From: an uncultured Chloroflexia bacterium
GTDB taxonomy: Bacteria > Chloroflexota > Limnocylindria > Limnocylindrales > CSP1-4
DNA length: 64,000 bases
Assembly: GCA_963833225.1 (NCBI GenBank)
Contig: CAWHXD010000008.1
Location: forward strand, 288,001-352,000
Direction of reading: 5' to 3'
Below the pieces are notes generated by a model that had not been told where the DNA came from, made no database searches, and worked only from the letters and a program-made list of their open reading frames with translations. Position numbers and translations under genes: made by a program. This document shows positions 36,655 through 48,436 of the stretch, piece by piece; position 1 is the stretch's first letter, and every line of letters starts with the position of its first letter.

Positions 36655-37956
36655 TCAACCCTGCTCGTACGGCTGGCCCGCGGACGCGGGACCGCGGACC
36701 CGTCCGACGACGCCGGCGACCACGATGATCGTGACCACGTACGGGACGCTGTTGAGCAACTGTGGCGGCACGTTGACACCGAGGATCGCCAGCAGCGTCT
36801 GGGTGGTTCCGGCGAAGCCGAACACGAGCGCCGCCCCAAGGGCACCGACCGGATGCCACGCGCCAAAGATCATCGCCGCGAGCGCGATGAAGCCCTTGCC
36901 GGCAACCATCTCCATCCCGAAGTTGCCGGCGATGGAGAGCGACAGGTAGGACCCGGCGAGACCGGAGATCATCCCCGCGAGCAGCAGCGCCCGATACCGG
37001 ATGGCGATCACGTCGATCCCGACCGTCCCGGCCGCGGCGGGCTTCTCGCCGGAGGCACGCAGGCGGAGCCCCCAGCGGGTCCGGAACAGCATGTAGGTGA
37101 GGACCGCGACCATCACGTACATCAAGTAGACGTACGGCTTGGCGGAGAACAGGATCGGACCAAGAACCGGGATGTCGGCCAGGACCGGCACCCGCCAGGG
37201 CTCGATGGTCGGCGGCCTGTTGAACTGCGTGTTCCGACTCAGGACCCGCAGGAACAGGAAGTTCGTGATCCCGACCGCGCCGATGTTGATCACGGTGCCC
37301 GCGATGATCTGGTCCATCTTGTGGCGGATGCCCATCCAGGCGAGCAGCACGCCGACCGCTCCCGAAGCGAGCATGGCGGCCGCCACGCCGATCACCGTCG
37401 CCACGAACGGCTCGCCGGTGACCAGCAGGGCGATGCTCGCGGCGACCGAGGCGACGCACGCCCCAATGAGCATCTTGCCCTCGAGCGCGATGTTCAGCAT
37501 CCCGCTCCGCTCGGACAGGATGCCGGCGAGGGCGCCCATCGTGATCGGCACGGCGAGCTCGAGGCTTCCGGCGATCATGCCCGTGAGGTTCGCGGGCTTG
37601 CCGTCAAGAACGCTCGCGAGGACGGCCACCACCCACGGCCAGACGAGGACGAGGAGCCATGGTCGCCATCGGAACCCCGCGCCTCGCACAAGTTGGAGCG
37701 CGCCGATCACCACGGATGCGAGACCGGCAACGATCCACAGGATGCCGGCCGAGGTCTCCAGCACCGCGCTGTCACCGCCCTGGGCATCGATCCAGAACGA
37801 GAACGTCGTGGACGTCTCCAGGCTCTGGCTCGCGAAGTAGAAGGCCACCAGGCCGATGGCGGCGAACGCGATGCCTCGGATCCGCGCGTCCCGCGCCGCG
37901 CGCCGGGCGGCGACCCCACCCCCACTGACCTCCGCCGCGTGCGTCACGGCGGTCAC
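36655..37956 (-). CDS. Nucleoside ABC transporter permease
   Basis: SERSGMLNIALEG; GLRLRASGE; GKGFIALAA. Confidence 0.9.
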   Translation of the reverse strand: MTAVTHAAEVSGGGVAARRAARDARIRGIAFAAIGLVAFYFASQSLETSTTFSFWIDAQGGDSAVLETSAGILWIVAGLASVVIGALQLVRGAGFRWRPWLLVLVWPWVVAVLASVLDGKPANLTGMIAGSLELAVPITMGALAGILSERSGMLNIALEGKMLIGACVASVAASIALLVTGEPFVATVIGVAAAMLASGAVGVLLAWMGIRHKMDQIIAGTVINIGAVGITNFLFLRVLSRNTQFNRPPTIEPWRVPVLADIPVLGPILFSAKPYVYLMYVMVAVLTYMLFRTRWGLRLRASGEKPAAAGTVGIDVIAIRYRALLLAGMISGLAGSYLSLSIAGNFGMEMVAGKGFIALAAMIFGAWHPVGALGAALVFGFAGTTQTLLAILGVNVPPQLLNSVPYVVTIIVVAGVVGRVRGPASAGQPYEQG

Positions 37957-39160
37957 AGCGGCGCCTGCGGCTGAGCCGGGATCGCGAGGTCGGGCTCCGG
38001 CTCGTCGCGCTTGATCCGCCACATGGACCGGATGAGGCCAGGGGCCGCGACGAACATGATGACCAGCGCCATGATGAACACCAGCAGGTCAAACGGGATC
38101 CCGGACTGGATCCCCATCAGCTTGCCGCCAGAGGTCAGCGCCCCGAACAGGAGCGCCGCGAGCACCACGCCAATCGGCCGGAGCCCGGCCAGGAGGGCGA
38201 GGGCGATGGCGGTGAAGCCGATCCCGCCGGAAAGGTCAAGGGAAAGCTGGCCGACGGTGCCGATCACCATGAACGAGCCGGCCAGACCGGCCAGTGCCCC
38301 GGACAGGGCCATGGCGAGCATGATCGAACCACCGGCACTCATCCCCGCGTAGCGTGCCGCCGTCAGGCTGAACCCAGCGGCCCGCAGCTCGTAGCCCTTG
38401 GTCGTGCGGAACAGGAGGAAGGACACGGCCGCGGCCATCAGGAGCGCAACCACGAACCCATAGTCGAGGCGGATCGCGGGCAGATCGAGAATGAGCGGAA
38501 TGTCGACGAATGTCGACATCGGTTTCGAGATGGGGGCCGTGCTGCCGGGGGCTCGCAATGTCGGCGACCGCAAGGCGAAGAAGACGACCTGCGCGGCGAC
38601 ATAGTTGAGCATGATGGTGGTGATGACCTCGTGGGCCCCGGTGCGCGCCTTGAGGAACCCCGGGATGAACCCCCAGAAGGCGCCCGTGACAACCCCGACC
38701 GCGATCGACGCCAGCAGGATCACGAAGGCGGGCACCTGGCCCTGGAGCACGAACGCCGTGATCGTGGCCCCAAGGGCGCCGATCATCAGCTGGCCGTCCA
38801 CGCCGATGTTGAACATGCCGGCCCGGAACGAGATGGCCACGGCCAGCCCCGCCAGGATCAGCGGCGTCGAGGCCACCAGCGTCTCCGTCAACGGTCGGAT
38901 GGCGGTGGCGATGTCCGCGGCATCCCCGGTCTCGAGCGCGGTCAGGATCCGGACCGGATCGCCGAATGCGCCCGCGAGCATCGCCCCGTAGCCGTTGATC
39001 ACCCCGCCGATGGCGCCCCCGATGGCGCCCAGCGGATCCGTCCCGAGCTTGGCGAGGCTCGCGAAGTCGGTGAGGATGATGACGACGGCCCCGAACAGGA
39101 GGGCCGTGACCACGGCCAGCAGCGGGACGAGACCTTTCCGGATGAGTCTGCTCAAGGTCG

Positions 39161-39164
<4 letters not shown>
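37953..39164 (-). CDS. Nucleoside ABC transporter permease
   Basis: GMFNIGVDGQ; AHEVITTIMLNY; GYELRAAG. Confidence 0.9.
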
Positions 39165-40689
<1,525 letters not shown>

Positions 40690-40713
40690 CAACGAGACCT
40701 CGATGTCAACGGA

Positions 40714-40746
40714 CCGCCCCCGGTCCGCGTGGCGGGCCGGGGGCGG
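40714..40746 (-). terminator. Hairpin after the substrate-binding gene
   Basis: ccgcccccggtccgc-gtg-gcgggccgggggcgg. Confidence 0.55.
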
Positions 40747-40776
40747 CTGTGGTGGCTCTAGGATCTCACGCGACCG

Positions 40777-41934
40777 CTAGCAGCCGCGCCCGAGGAAGCT
40801 GCAGACCGTGACGCTGCCGTCGATGATCGACGCCTTCAGCGCATCGAGCTCGCTCTTCATCTCGGCCGAGATCTGGCTGTCGAACTCGTGGTACGGGGCC
40901 AGGAGCACGCCGTTGTTGGCGAGCGTGCCCGAGTAATCCTCGCCACCGCGGTTTCCGGCGGCGGTCTTCTGGATCACGTCGAGAACCGAGACGTCGATCG
41001 CCTTCTGAGCCGACGTGAGGATCGCGCCGGCGTACTCGGACAGGGTGATCGCCTGGTCGTTGTCGACGCCGATCGCCCACTTGCCGGCCGCGAGCATCGC
41101 CTTGATCGTCCCGTTGCCGGTCTCACCGGCCACCGGATGGACGATGTCCACACCCTGGTCGAGGAAGGTCTTGGCGAACTGCTCGCCCTTGGACGGATCG
41201 TTCCAGGTGTCGGTCCCACCGCTGCCACCGACGAAGGTGCCCGTGGTGGTCGGATCCGGGAGCGAGCCGTCCCAGCCGATGACCGCGACGCTGGTGCCCT
41301 TCTGCTGGTTGTAGTACTGGACGCCGGCGTAGAAGCCATCCATGAACCGGGTCACGCCCGGGAAGGCAAGGCCGCCGAAGGTCCCGACCTTGCCGGACTT
41401 GCTCCATCCCGCGGCCAGGTAGCCGGCGAGCATGGAGGCCTGGTCGACCTGATAGTCGAGCCCGGTGAAGTTCGCGGGAACGCCGGGAGGCGGATCGTCC
41501 GCGGTGCCGGGAGTGAAGTCGTCACCAGCTGAGTTCCAGGTGGCGTCGACCTGCCCGAACGCGATATCCGGGTTTGCGAGCGTCGCCTTCGCCGTGGCCG
41601 AACCCTGCAGGAAGCCGACGGTGATGAGCGTCTGGCAGCCCTGGTCGATCAGCCGCTGGATGTTCGCCTCGTAGTCCGTGGCGCCCTGGGCTTCGGCCGA
41701 GGCGGTCTGGAACCCGAGAGCCGCGGCATCGTCGAGGCCCTTCTTGGCCAGGTCGTTGAAGCCCTTGTCACCAAGGCCGCCGGTGTCGAACGCGACACAC
41801 GCCTTGTAGTCGTTTGCCGGAGCCTTGGACTCCTGGGCCGTTGTCGGGGCCGGCGTGGCCGAGCCACCCGAGCACGCCGTGATGAGGATGGCTGACGCCG
41901 CGCCGAGCGCGACCAGCCTGCGAGAGATCTGCAA
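40777..41934 (-). CDS. BMP-family ABC substrate-binding lipoprotein
   Basis: Lipobox LITAC; DTGGLGDKGFN; AIGVDNDQ; LTSAQK; AGGAGG upstream of TTG. Confidence 0.9.
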   Translation of the reverse strand: MQISRRLVALGAASAILITACSGGSATPAPTTAQESKAPANDYKACVAFDTGGLGDKGFNDLAKKGLDDAAALGFQTASAEAQGATDYEANIQRLIDQGCQTLITVGFLQGSATAKATLANPDIAFGQVDATWNSAGDDFTPGTADDPPPGVPANFTGLDYQVDQASMLAGYLAAGWSKSGKVGTFGGLAFPGVTRFMDGFYAGVQYYNQQKGTSVAVIGWDGSLPDPTTTGTFVGGSGGTDTWNDPSKGEQFAKTFLDQGVDIVHPVAGETGNGTIKAMLAAGKWAIGVDNDQAITLSEYAGAILTSAQKAIDVSVLDVIQKTAAGNRGGEDYSGTLANNGVLLAPYHEFDSQISAEMKSELDALKASIIDGSVTVCSFLGRGC

Positions 41935-42073
41935 CGTGAACTCCTCCTGAGATCCCGGGCTCCCTCGACAGGACCGGGTCTGCCGTACTGTAGCGCGACA
42001 ATGCCATCCCCCGGGGGGCCGAATGGGCTGTCTTGCGGGTTCCGGCGAGTGTGCCCCACGGAGACCGAGCGCG

Positions 42074-42565
42074 GTGACCGCGAAATCAGAGCAGGACTGG
42101 CTGGCGACCCTGATCGCCGTGCAGGATGGGCGTCCTCCCGTCCCACTCCTCGACGACGCGGGGATCCGCGAGCTGCTCCGTTCGCGGCCGCGGATCGCCG
42201 TCATCGGTGCGTCCGCGAAACCCGGACGTCCCGTCCACGGCGTGATGCGGACGCTGCTCCGGGCGGGCTACGACGTGGTCCCGGTCAACCCGGCATTCGA
42301 GGAGGTCCTCGGGCTCCGCTGCTTCCCCACCCTGGCCGACGCGGTGCGTGAGACCGGACCGGTGGACCTCGTCGACGTGTTCCGGCGGCCCGATGCCTGC
42401 GTGCCCCACGCTCGCGAGGCGGTCGAGGTCGGCGCGCGGTGCCTGTGGCTGCAGCAGGGGATCGCAAACGCCGAGGCGGGGCGCATCGCCCACGAGGCCG
42501 GGCTGTCCGTGGTGATGGACCGCTGCACTGCCGTCGAGCATTGGCGGCTGGCGGCAAATCCCTGA
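42074..42565 (+). CDS. CoA-binding protein (YccU-like)
   Basis: IAVIGAS; VPVNP; VDVFR; WLQQGI; VVMDRC. Confidence 0.88.
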   Translation: MTAKSEQDWLATLIAVQDGRPPVPLLDDAGIRELLRSRPRIAVIGASAKPGRPVHGVMRTLLRAGYDVVPVNPAFEEVLGLRCFPTLADAVRETGPVDLVDVFRRPDACVPHAREAVEVGARCLWLQQGIANAEAGRIAHEAGLSVVMDRCTAVEHWRLAANP

Positions 42566-42667
42566 GAATCGTGGTGTGCGACCGACGCCGGCCTCCCGCC
42601 GCTGGCCACATACTGGACCCGATCGCTCCCGCAACCCGCCTCGTCGGCGCCAGACCCGGAGGTCCCG

Positions 42668-43447
42668 ATGCCCCAGATCCACCTGCACGCCGAGCCCGGC
42701 GACTACGCGTCCGTCGTGCTGCTGCCCGGCGATCCCAATCGCGCCACCCGCATCGCCGCCCGCTTTGACGGTGGGCTGGAGGGCTCCCGGCTCGTCTCGG
42801 AGCATCGCGGGCTGCTGGGCTATACGGGAACGGTCGATGGCGTCCCCGTCTCGGTGCAGACGACCATGATGGGCGCGCCCACCACCTCGATCGTCATGGA
42901 AGAGCTGATCAACCTCGGCGTCACGACGTTCATCCGCGTCGGGACGACGGGAGGGTTTGGCAGCCTGGGTATCGGGGATGCCGTCGTGGCGCTGGCGGCC
43001 GTGGGGGCGGCGGGCATGAGCGGGATCCTCGGGGCGAACGAGCCGACCGCGCCGACGGCGGACTTCGACGTCGTCCAGGCGCTCGTGACCGCCTCGCTGG
43101 CCAACGGCCTGGTGACCCACACGGGCCCGATCGTGACCAGCGACGTGTTCTACGATCCCCACCCGGACGGCGTGGCCCGCTGGGGCCGCCGCGGCTACCT
43201 GTCCGTCGAGATGGAGTCCGCGGCGGTCTTCCTGCTGGCCATGCGTGAACGGGCCAAGGGCCGGCCGGTGCGGGCAGGGTCGATCCTCACGGTGAGTGAC
43301 ATCATTGCCGACCCGTCGCTCGATCAAGCCGTCCGACCAGGCGGCGACGAGACCTGGTTCCGGCCGCCCGAAGACGAGGTGACGCGCCGGGTTGACCTGA
43401 CCATCGGCGCGGCGATGGCCGCCGCGGCGGCGCTCGGCCGGGAGTAG
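42668..43447 (+). CDS. Purine/uridine nucleoside phosphorylase (DeoD-type)
   Basis: LLPGDPNRA; IRVGTTG; SDVFY; VEMESA. Confidence 0.88.
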   Translation: MPQIHLHAEPGDYASVVLLPGDPNRATRIAARFDGGLEGSRLVSEHRGLLGYTGTVDGVPVSVQTTMMGAPTTSIVMEELINLGVTTFIRVGTTGGFGSLGIGDAVVALAAVGAAGMSGILGANEPTAPTADFDVVQALVTASLANGLVTHTGPIVTSDVFYDPHPDGVARWGRRGYLSVEMESAAVFLLAMRERAKGRPVRAGSILTVSDIIADPSLDQAVRPGGDETWFRPPEDEVTRRVDLTIGAAMAAAAALGRE

Positions 43448-43478
43448 CGCCCGCCAGGGCGCGGCGAGGCCAGGCGGG

Positions 43479-44636
43479 CTAGGCGACGAACGAGAGCCCG
43501 AGGGCGAAGTCGTCGACGAGGTCCGCCACGTCCTCGCAGCCGACCGAGACGCGGATCAGCCCGTCGCGCTTGGGCTGCGGGTACACGAGCGTGAACACGT
43601 CGCCCAGGCTGACCGCGATGTCGCACAGGCGAAGGTGGTCGGTGAAGGCCGACATCGCCGGGGTGCCTCCCTTCGGACGGAACGTCACCATCGCCCCGAA
43701 GCGATCCCCGAGCAGCCGCCGCGCGACCCGGTGATCGGGGTGCGACGCGAGCCCCGGATACCGCACCCAGTCCACCTTGGGGTGTGACTCGAGGTAGCCG
43801 GCCAGCGCCGCCGCGTTCTCGGAGCCCCTGGCGGACCGGAGCGGCAGCGTCCGGACGCCGCGGAGGACCAGGAACGAGGCGAACGGGTTGGCCGCCTGGC
43901 CGAACATGTCGACCTGCTTCCGGATGGGATCCAGGAGCGCCTTGGGACCCGAGACCACGCCGCTGACCGCGTCCCCGTGGCCGGAGAGGTATTTCGTGGC
44001 GGCATGCACCACCAGGTCCGCGCCATGCTCCAGCGGTCGGAACAGGGCCGGGCCCAGGAACGTGTTGTCGGCCACGACCAGGATCCCATGGCGGTGCGCA
44101 AGCTCGGCGAGTGCCGGCAGGTCGGCCATCCGCAGGCGCGGGTTGGTGGAGGTCTCCATGAACAGGAGGCGGGTCCGCGGCGTGATCGCCGACTCCACCG
44201 CCGCGAGGTCCGTCATGTCCACGGGTGTCACCGCGATGTCCCGGCGCGGGAGGTCCTCTTCCCATAGCACCCGGGTGATCGCGAACAGCTCGTCGCCCAG
44301 GACGACGTGGTCACCCGCGTCGAGGTGGGCGAACAGCGTCGAGGCGACGGCGGCCATCCCGGATGAGGACACCACGCAGTCCTCCGCTCCCTCGAGGCTG
44401 GCGACCTTCTCCTCGAGGGCCCGGTTGGTGGGGTTTCCGGTGCGCGAGTAGAAGTACGAGGTCGGGTCCCACTCGAGCGCCCGGTCGACCGCATCCTCCT
44501 TCTCGGCGGCGGTGTCGAAGGCGAAGGTCGCGGTCGCGTAGATGGGCGTGTTGTGCGCGTGGGTGGTGGGATCGGGCCGTTCCCCAGCGTGGATCGCCCG
44601 CGTCGCGAAGCCCTCGCCGTCCGTCCGTTCGCGCAT
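43479..44636 (-). CDS. PLP-dependent Cys/Met metabolism enzyme (methionine or cystathionine gamma-lyase-like)
   Basis: YSRTGNPT; SSGMAA; DNTF; HAATKYLSGHGD; RVSVGCED. Confidence 0.9.
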   Translation of the reverse strand: MRERTDGEGFATRAIHAGERPDPTTHAHNTPIYATATFAFDTAAEKEDAVDRALEWDPTSYFYSRTGNPTNRALEEKVASLEGAEDCVVSSSGMAAVASTLFAHLDAGDHVVLGDELFAITRVLWEEDLPRRDIAVTPVDMTDLAAVESAITPRTRLLFMETSTNPRLRMADLPALAELAHRHGILVVADNTFLGPALFRPLEHGADLVVHAATKYLSGHGDAVSGVVSGPKALLDPIRKQVDMFGQAANPFASFLVLRGVRTLPLRSARGSENAAALAGYLESHPKVDWVRYPGLASHPDHRVARRLLGDRFGAMVTFRPKGGTPAMSAFTDHLRLCDIAVSLGDVFTLVYPQPKRDGLIRVSVGCEDVADLVDDFALGLSFVA

Positions 44637-44724
44637 GCCGTCCTCATCTGGGTGTCGTGGTGGCCCCGCCCGCGGCAAGTCTAGGGTGGCTTCGCGCCCC
44701 GCGACTCGCGCCCGTGGCCATACC

Positions 44725-44940
44725 CATGCGGGGCTCCACCGCAACGCACCCGGCGACCGTCTCGGACAGCGGAGGGGAGGATTGTGACTCGCGGTCACGG
44801 TTCTGGGGCCCAAGGGCGCGCAACACGGTCGTCCCGGCCTGCTGCGGACGTATCCGGGACTCAGGGTCACGAATCCAACGACCTTCGGGCATTCAACCCC
44901 GCTTCGATCCCGAAACGCTGACGGGGAGTCATGCGGGGCT
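44725..44940 (-). other. Structured non-coding element flanked by 11-bp direct repeats
   Basis: CATGCGGGGCT at 44725-44735 and 44930-44940; the ends of the interior pair into a long irregular stem. Confidence 0.55.
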
Positions 44941-44941
44941 G

Positions 44942-45012
44942 GTGACGGGCGGGCCGGCGGGCGGCGGCGGCCGATCGCGCGTGACGGGGCGGGCCGGCGG
45001 GCGGCGGCCGCG
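44942..45012. repeat. Imperfect tandem ~39-bp GC-rich duplication
   Basis: gtgacggg(g)cgggccggcgggcggcggc starting at 44942 and 44981. Confidence 0.6.
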
Positions 45013-45022
45013 GCTCCGGTTC

Positions 45023-45295
45023 CTACTTGACGAGGAAGCCCGCCACGACCAGCACGAACCCCGCGAGCACGATGCCTCCACCGATCTGCGCCTGGCGGCG
45101 GAGCAACTGCATCGCCACGGATGCGCCGGTCTTGCCATCGGGACGGGATCCGCCACGCCAGGCCTCGTAGCGGGCGACGTTGGCGTCCTGCTCGCGCAGC
45201 GCCATGTATCGCCGATATGGCTCGCGGGCGCGCGCGACGCCCACGACGATGAACACGATGCCGGCCGCGATCAGCCCGAGGCCCATGAATCCCAC
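45023..45295 (-). CDS. Small two-TM membrane protein
   Basis: Starts 3 nt after the gatB stop; two hydrophobic segments. Confidence 0.7.
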   Translation of the reverse strand: MGFMGLGLIAAGIVFIVVGVARAREPYRRYMALREQDANVARYEAWRGGSRPDGKTGASVAMQLLRRQAQIGGGIVLAGFVLVVAGFLVK

Positions 45296-45298
45296 CGG

Positions 45299-46795
45299 TC
45301 AGCCTCCCTCGTCCAGGCGCTCGCGCACCAGTTGCGTCACCCGCGCCGCGTCGGCCGCCCCGGCGCTGCGCTTCATCACCTGCCCCACGAAGAACCCGGT
45401 CACCGGCCTGCCGGCCCGGTAGTCCGCGACGGCCTTCGGGTTGTCGGCGATCACCGCCTCCACGAAGCCGGACAGGGTGGCGTCGTCGTTGATCGGCCCG
45501 GGGCCGGCGCCGGCGAGGAGCTGCGCCGCGTCCGCTCCGGATCCGAGATGCTCGGCCAGCAGGTCCCGTCCGACCTGGCGTGAGACCTGCCCGCCGGCAA
45601 TGGCGCCCAGCAGCGCTGCCACCTCGGTGGGGCGGGCGGCGTCGGCGAGGCCATGGGCGTTGGGGCCGGTCACCTTGATCGCGCGCGCGTGGGCCCCGGC
45701 CACGAAGTTGGCGATGTCCTTCACGGGCACGTCACGTCCGGCCGCGCGGATCGCGTCGAAGGCGCCCCACATGAGGGGGTCCGCCACCAGCACGGCGGCG
45801 TCGTACGCGGAGAGACCCAGGGACTCGTACCGCGCGCGCCGGGCTGCCGGCAGCTCCGGGGCCGTCGCCCGCACCTCCTCGATCCACGCCGGGTCCACGT
45901 GGAGCGGCGGCAGGTCCGGATCCGGGAAGTACCGGTAATCCTCCGATGTCTCCTTGGAACGCATCCGGTAGGTCGCCTGCCGGCCGTCATCCCAGCCGCG
46001 GGTCTCCATGAACAGCGGCTCGCCGGTGTCCAGCGCGCGGCCCTGCCGGTCGATCTCGTACTCGATCGCGCGCTCGACCGCGCGGAAGGAGTTCATGTTC
46101 TTGACCTCGACCCGGGTCCCCAGCGCGCTCGTGCCCCGCGGACGGAGCGAGACGTTCGCCTCGACGCGCATCTGGCCGCGCTCCATGTCCGCGTCGGATA
46201 CCCCGATCGCCCGGAGCAGCAGCTGCAGCTCCTCGGCGTAACGGCGGGCCTGCTCGGCGGTCCGGAGATCGGGCTCAGTGACGATCTCCATGAGCGGCGC
46301 GCCGGAGCGGTTGTAGTCCAGCAGCGACCCGCGGCCCCCGGTCTCTCCCGGGACGTCCGCGTGGATCAGCTTGGCCGTGTCCTCCTCGAGGTGAGCGCGC
46401 GTGATCGGCACCGTGAACGGGCCCGCGGAGGTGTCGACGGTCAGCCGCCCGCGGGCCGCCAGCGGGATCGCGTACTGGCTGATCTGGTAGCCCTTTGGGA
46501 GGTCCGGGTAGAAGTAGTTCTTGCGCTCCCACTGCGAGTGCTCCGGGATCTCGGCCTCGATCGCCAGCCCGGTCGCGATCACGAGCTCCACGGCCCGCCG
46601 GTTGATGACCGGGAGGGCGCCGGGCAGGGCAAGGCAGACGGGACACACGTGGGTGTTGGGGGCCGTGTCCGCGTAGGCGTTGGAGCACGCGCAGAACATC
46701 TTGGACGCCGTGCGCAGCTGGCAGTGGATCTCGATGCCGATGACCACCTCGTAGCGCTCCAGGAGGTGGGTCGCGGGGGTCGCGGCGATGCTCAC
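45299..46795 (-). CDS. gatB: Asp/Glu-tRNA amidotransferase subunit B
   Basis: VIGIEIHCQL; RKNYFYPDLPKGYQISQY; VEVKNMNSF; DYRYFPDPDL; FFVGQVMK. Confidence 0.96.
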   Translation of the reverse strand: MSIAATPATHLLERYEVVIGIEIHCQLRTASKMFCACSNAYADTAPNTHVCPVCLALPGALPVINRRAVELVIATGLAIEAEIPEHSQWERKNYFYPDLPKGYQISQYAIPLAARGRLTVDTSAGPFTVPITRAHLEEDTAKLIHADVPGETGGRGSLLDYNRSGAPLMEIVTEPDLRTAEQARRYAEELQLLLRAIGVSDADMERGQMRVEANVSLRPRGTSALGTRVEVKNMNSFRAVERAIEYEIDRQGRALDTGEPLFMETRGWDDGRQATYRMRSKETSEDYRYFPDPDLPPLHVDPAWIEEVRATAPELPAARRARYESLGLSAYDAAVLVADPLMWGAFDAIRAAGRDVPVKDIANFVAGAHARAIKVTGPNAHGLADAARPTEVAALLGAIAGGQVSRQVGRDLLAEHLGSGADAAQLLAGAGPGPINDDATLSGFVEAVIADNPKAVADYRAGRPVTGFFVGQVMKRSAGAADAARVTQLVRERLDEGG

Positions 46796-47055
46796 GCCGG
46801 CAACTCGAGCCCGACCGTCGCCAGGTACAGGCCATACATCGCAATGGCCAGCCACGCGAGCGCGAATCCCAGCCGGCGTGCGGCGCCCCGAACGCGGGTG
46901 CGCGTGTGCAGCGGACGGGCGGATTCGACGAGGGTGCGTGTCGGCTCCCCGTCCCGGGCGAGCGGCAGCAGCGCCAGGCGGGCCGCCGCGTATCCACGCA
47001 GGCTGCCGTAGACGGTCAGGAACAGGCCGGAGGCGACCAGGACGGCGGACAGCAT
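46792..47055 (-). CDS. Small two-TM membrane protein
   Basis: Stop overlaps the gatB start (GTGA); two hydrophobic segments. Confidence 0.65.
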   Translation of the reverse strand: MLSAVLVASGLFLTVYGSLRGYAAARLALLPLARDGEPTRTLVESARPLHTRTRVRGAARRLGFALAWLAIAMYGLYLATVGLELPA

Positions 47056-47219
47056 CGAGGGCAAGTTTCGCACACCCGGCACGACGGGCGACCTGCGGTG
47101 GGATCCACCGCGCCGCTCGTCCACACGTCACGCAAGGGCCACGTGATCACCGTGGCGCCGGGGCCTGGCATCGCAACCGTCCCGTTCCCATCACGCCGCC
47201 CGATCGCATCCATCCAATC

Positions 47220-47281
47220 GTGAGAGCGCTCTCTTGACAGACGGTGTTATCGTCCTCGGTGAGTGTGAGAGCGCTCTCACA
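47220..47281. promoter_or_regulatory. Two LacI-family (CelR/CebR-like) operators around a promoter
   Basis: GTGAGAGCGCTCTC at 47220 and perfect palindrome TGTGAGAGCGCTCTCACA at 47264-47281; TGtTATCGT extended -10 between them. Confidence 0.8.
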
Positions 47282-47292
47282 GGAGGCACACC

Positions 47293-48345
47293 TTGGCCGC
47301 AATCAACCCGCGCGATCGGACCCCCGGCACGGCGACGCTCGAGGCGGTCGCCCGCGTCGCCGGCGTGTCCCGGGCAACGGTGTCGCGGGTGGTCAACGGG
47401 AGCCCCAGGGTCAGCCCCGACGTCCGGGCCACCGTCGAGGCCGCCGTCCGCCAGCTTGGCTACACGCCCAACCGCGCGGCCAGGAGCCTGGTCACCCGGC
47501 GTAGCGACTCGATCGCCGTCGTCATCACCGAGCCGCCTGGCAGGTTGTTCTCGGACCCGTTCTTCCCCCAGATCGTGCGCGGGGTCAGTGGGGCGCTCGC
47601 CAGCCGCGACCTCCAGCTGGTCCTCCTGATGCCCGAGCCCGGCGACGAGGGGCGCACTATCCGCTACTTGACGGGCGGCCACGTGGACGGGGCCTTGCTG
47701 GTGAGCCTTCATGGCGAGGATCCGATCCCGTCGGCACTGGCAGCCAGTGGCGTCCCGTCGGTGTGCGTGGGCCGTCCACCGGCGGGGGTCGACGTGAGCT
47801 ACGTCGACGTCGACAACCGCCAGGGGGGTCGTCGCGCCACCCGCCACCTGCTCGAGCTCGGCCGGCGCCGCGTGGCGACCATCTCCGGTCCCGCCGACAT
47901 GGCGGTGGGGGTCGACCGGCTCAACGGCTACCGTGACGCGCTCCGCGCGTCCGGCCGCGCGGAGGACCCGTCCCTGGTCGCGCAGGGCGACTTCAGCTAC
48001 GAGGGCGGAGCCGCGGCCATGGAACGTCTCCTGGACGCCCACCCCGATCTCGATGCCGTGTTCGCGGCCTCGGACCTGATGGCAGCCGGGGCCCTGGGCG
48101 TCATGCTCTCGCGCGGGCTCCGGATCCCCGATGACGTCGCGCTGGTGGGCTTCGACGACTCCCCCGTGGCGGCGACCACGCGTCCGCCGCTGTCAAGCGT
48201 CCGCCAGCCGATCGAGGAGATGGGGCCCGAAGCGGTCCACCTGCTGCTCGACGCCGTCGAGCGGCCCGACCGCCCGCCCCGGCGCGTCGTCCTGGCCACG
48301 CGGCTCCTGGTACGCGCCTCGAGCGCGGGGAGGGAGGCCATCTGA
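47293..48345 (+). CDS. LacI-family transcriptional regulator
   Basis: TLEAVARVAGVSRATVSRVVN; LGYTPNRAARSL; VGFDD. Confidence 0.95.
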   Translation: MAAINPRDRTPGTATLEAVARVAGVSRATVSRVVNGSPRVSPDVRATVEAAVRQLGYTPNRAARSLVTRRSDSIAVVITEPPGRLFSDPFFPQIVRGVSGALASRDLQLVLLMPEPGDEGRTIRYLTGGHVDGALLVSLHGEDPIPSALAASGVPSVCVGRPPAGVDVSYVDVDNRQGGRRATRHLLELGRRRVATISGPADMAVGVDRLNGYRDALRASGRAEDPSLVAQGDFSYEGGAAAMERLLDAHPDLDAVFAASDLMAAGALGVMLSRGLRIPDDVALVGFDDSPVAATTRPPLSSVRQPIEEMGPEAVHLLLDAVERPDRPPRRVVLATRLLVRASSAGREAI

Positions 48346-48436
48346 CATCACCGGCAGCGGCGACCGGGCGCGCCTGATCCGCCCCCCCACCGAGGTCCGC
48401 ATCGCTCGAACCACATCCAGGAGGAGGAGCACCAAC

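Noticed and set aside
44637-44930. SAM-I riboswitch upstream of the Cys/Met lyase
   Set aside because: Only AGATGAGG matches, and it doubles as the RBS; the AUC-AGAG and GCAACC core elements are not found in order.
47234-47239. TTGACA as the -35 of the lacI promoter
   Set aside because: Spacing to the best -10 (TATCGT) is only 8 nt.
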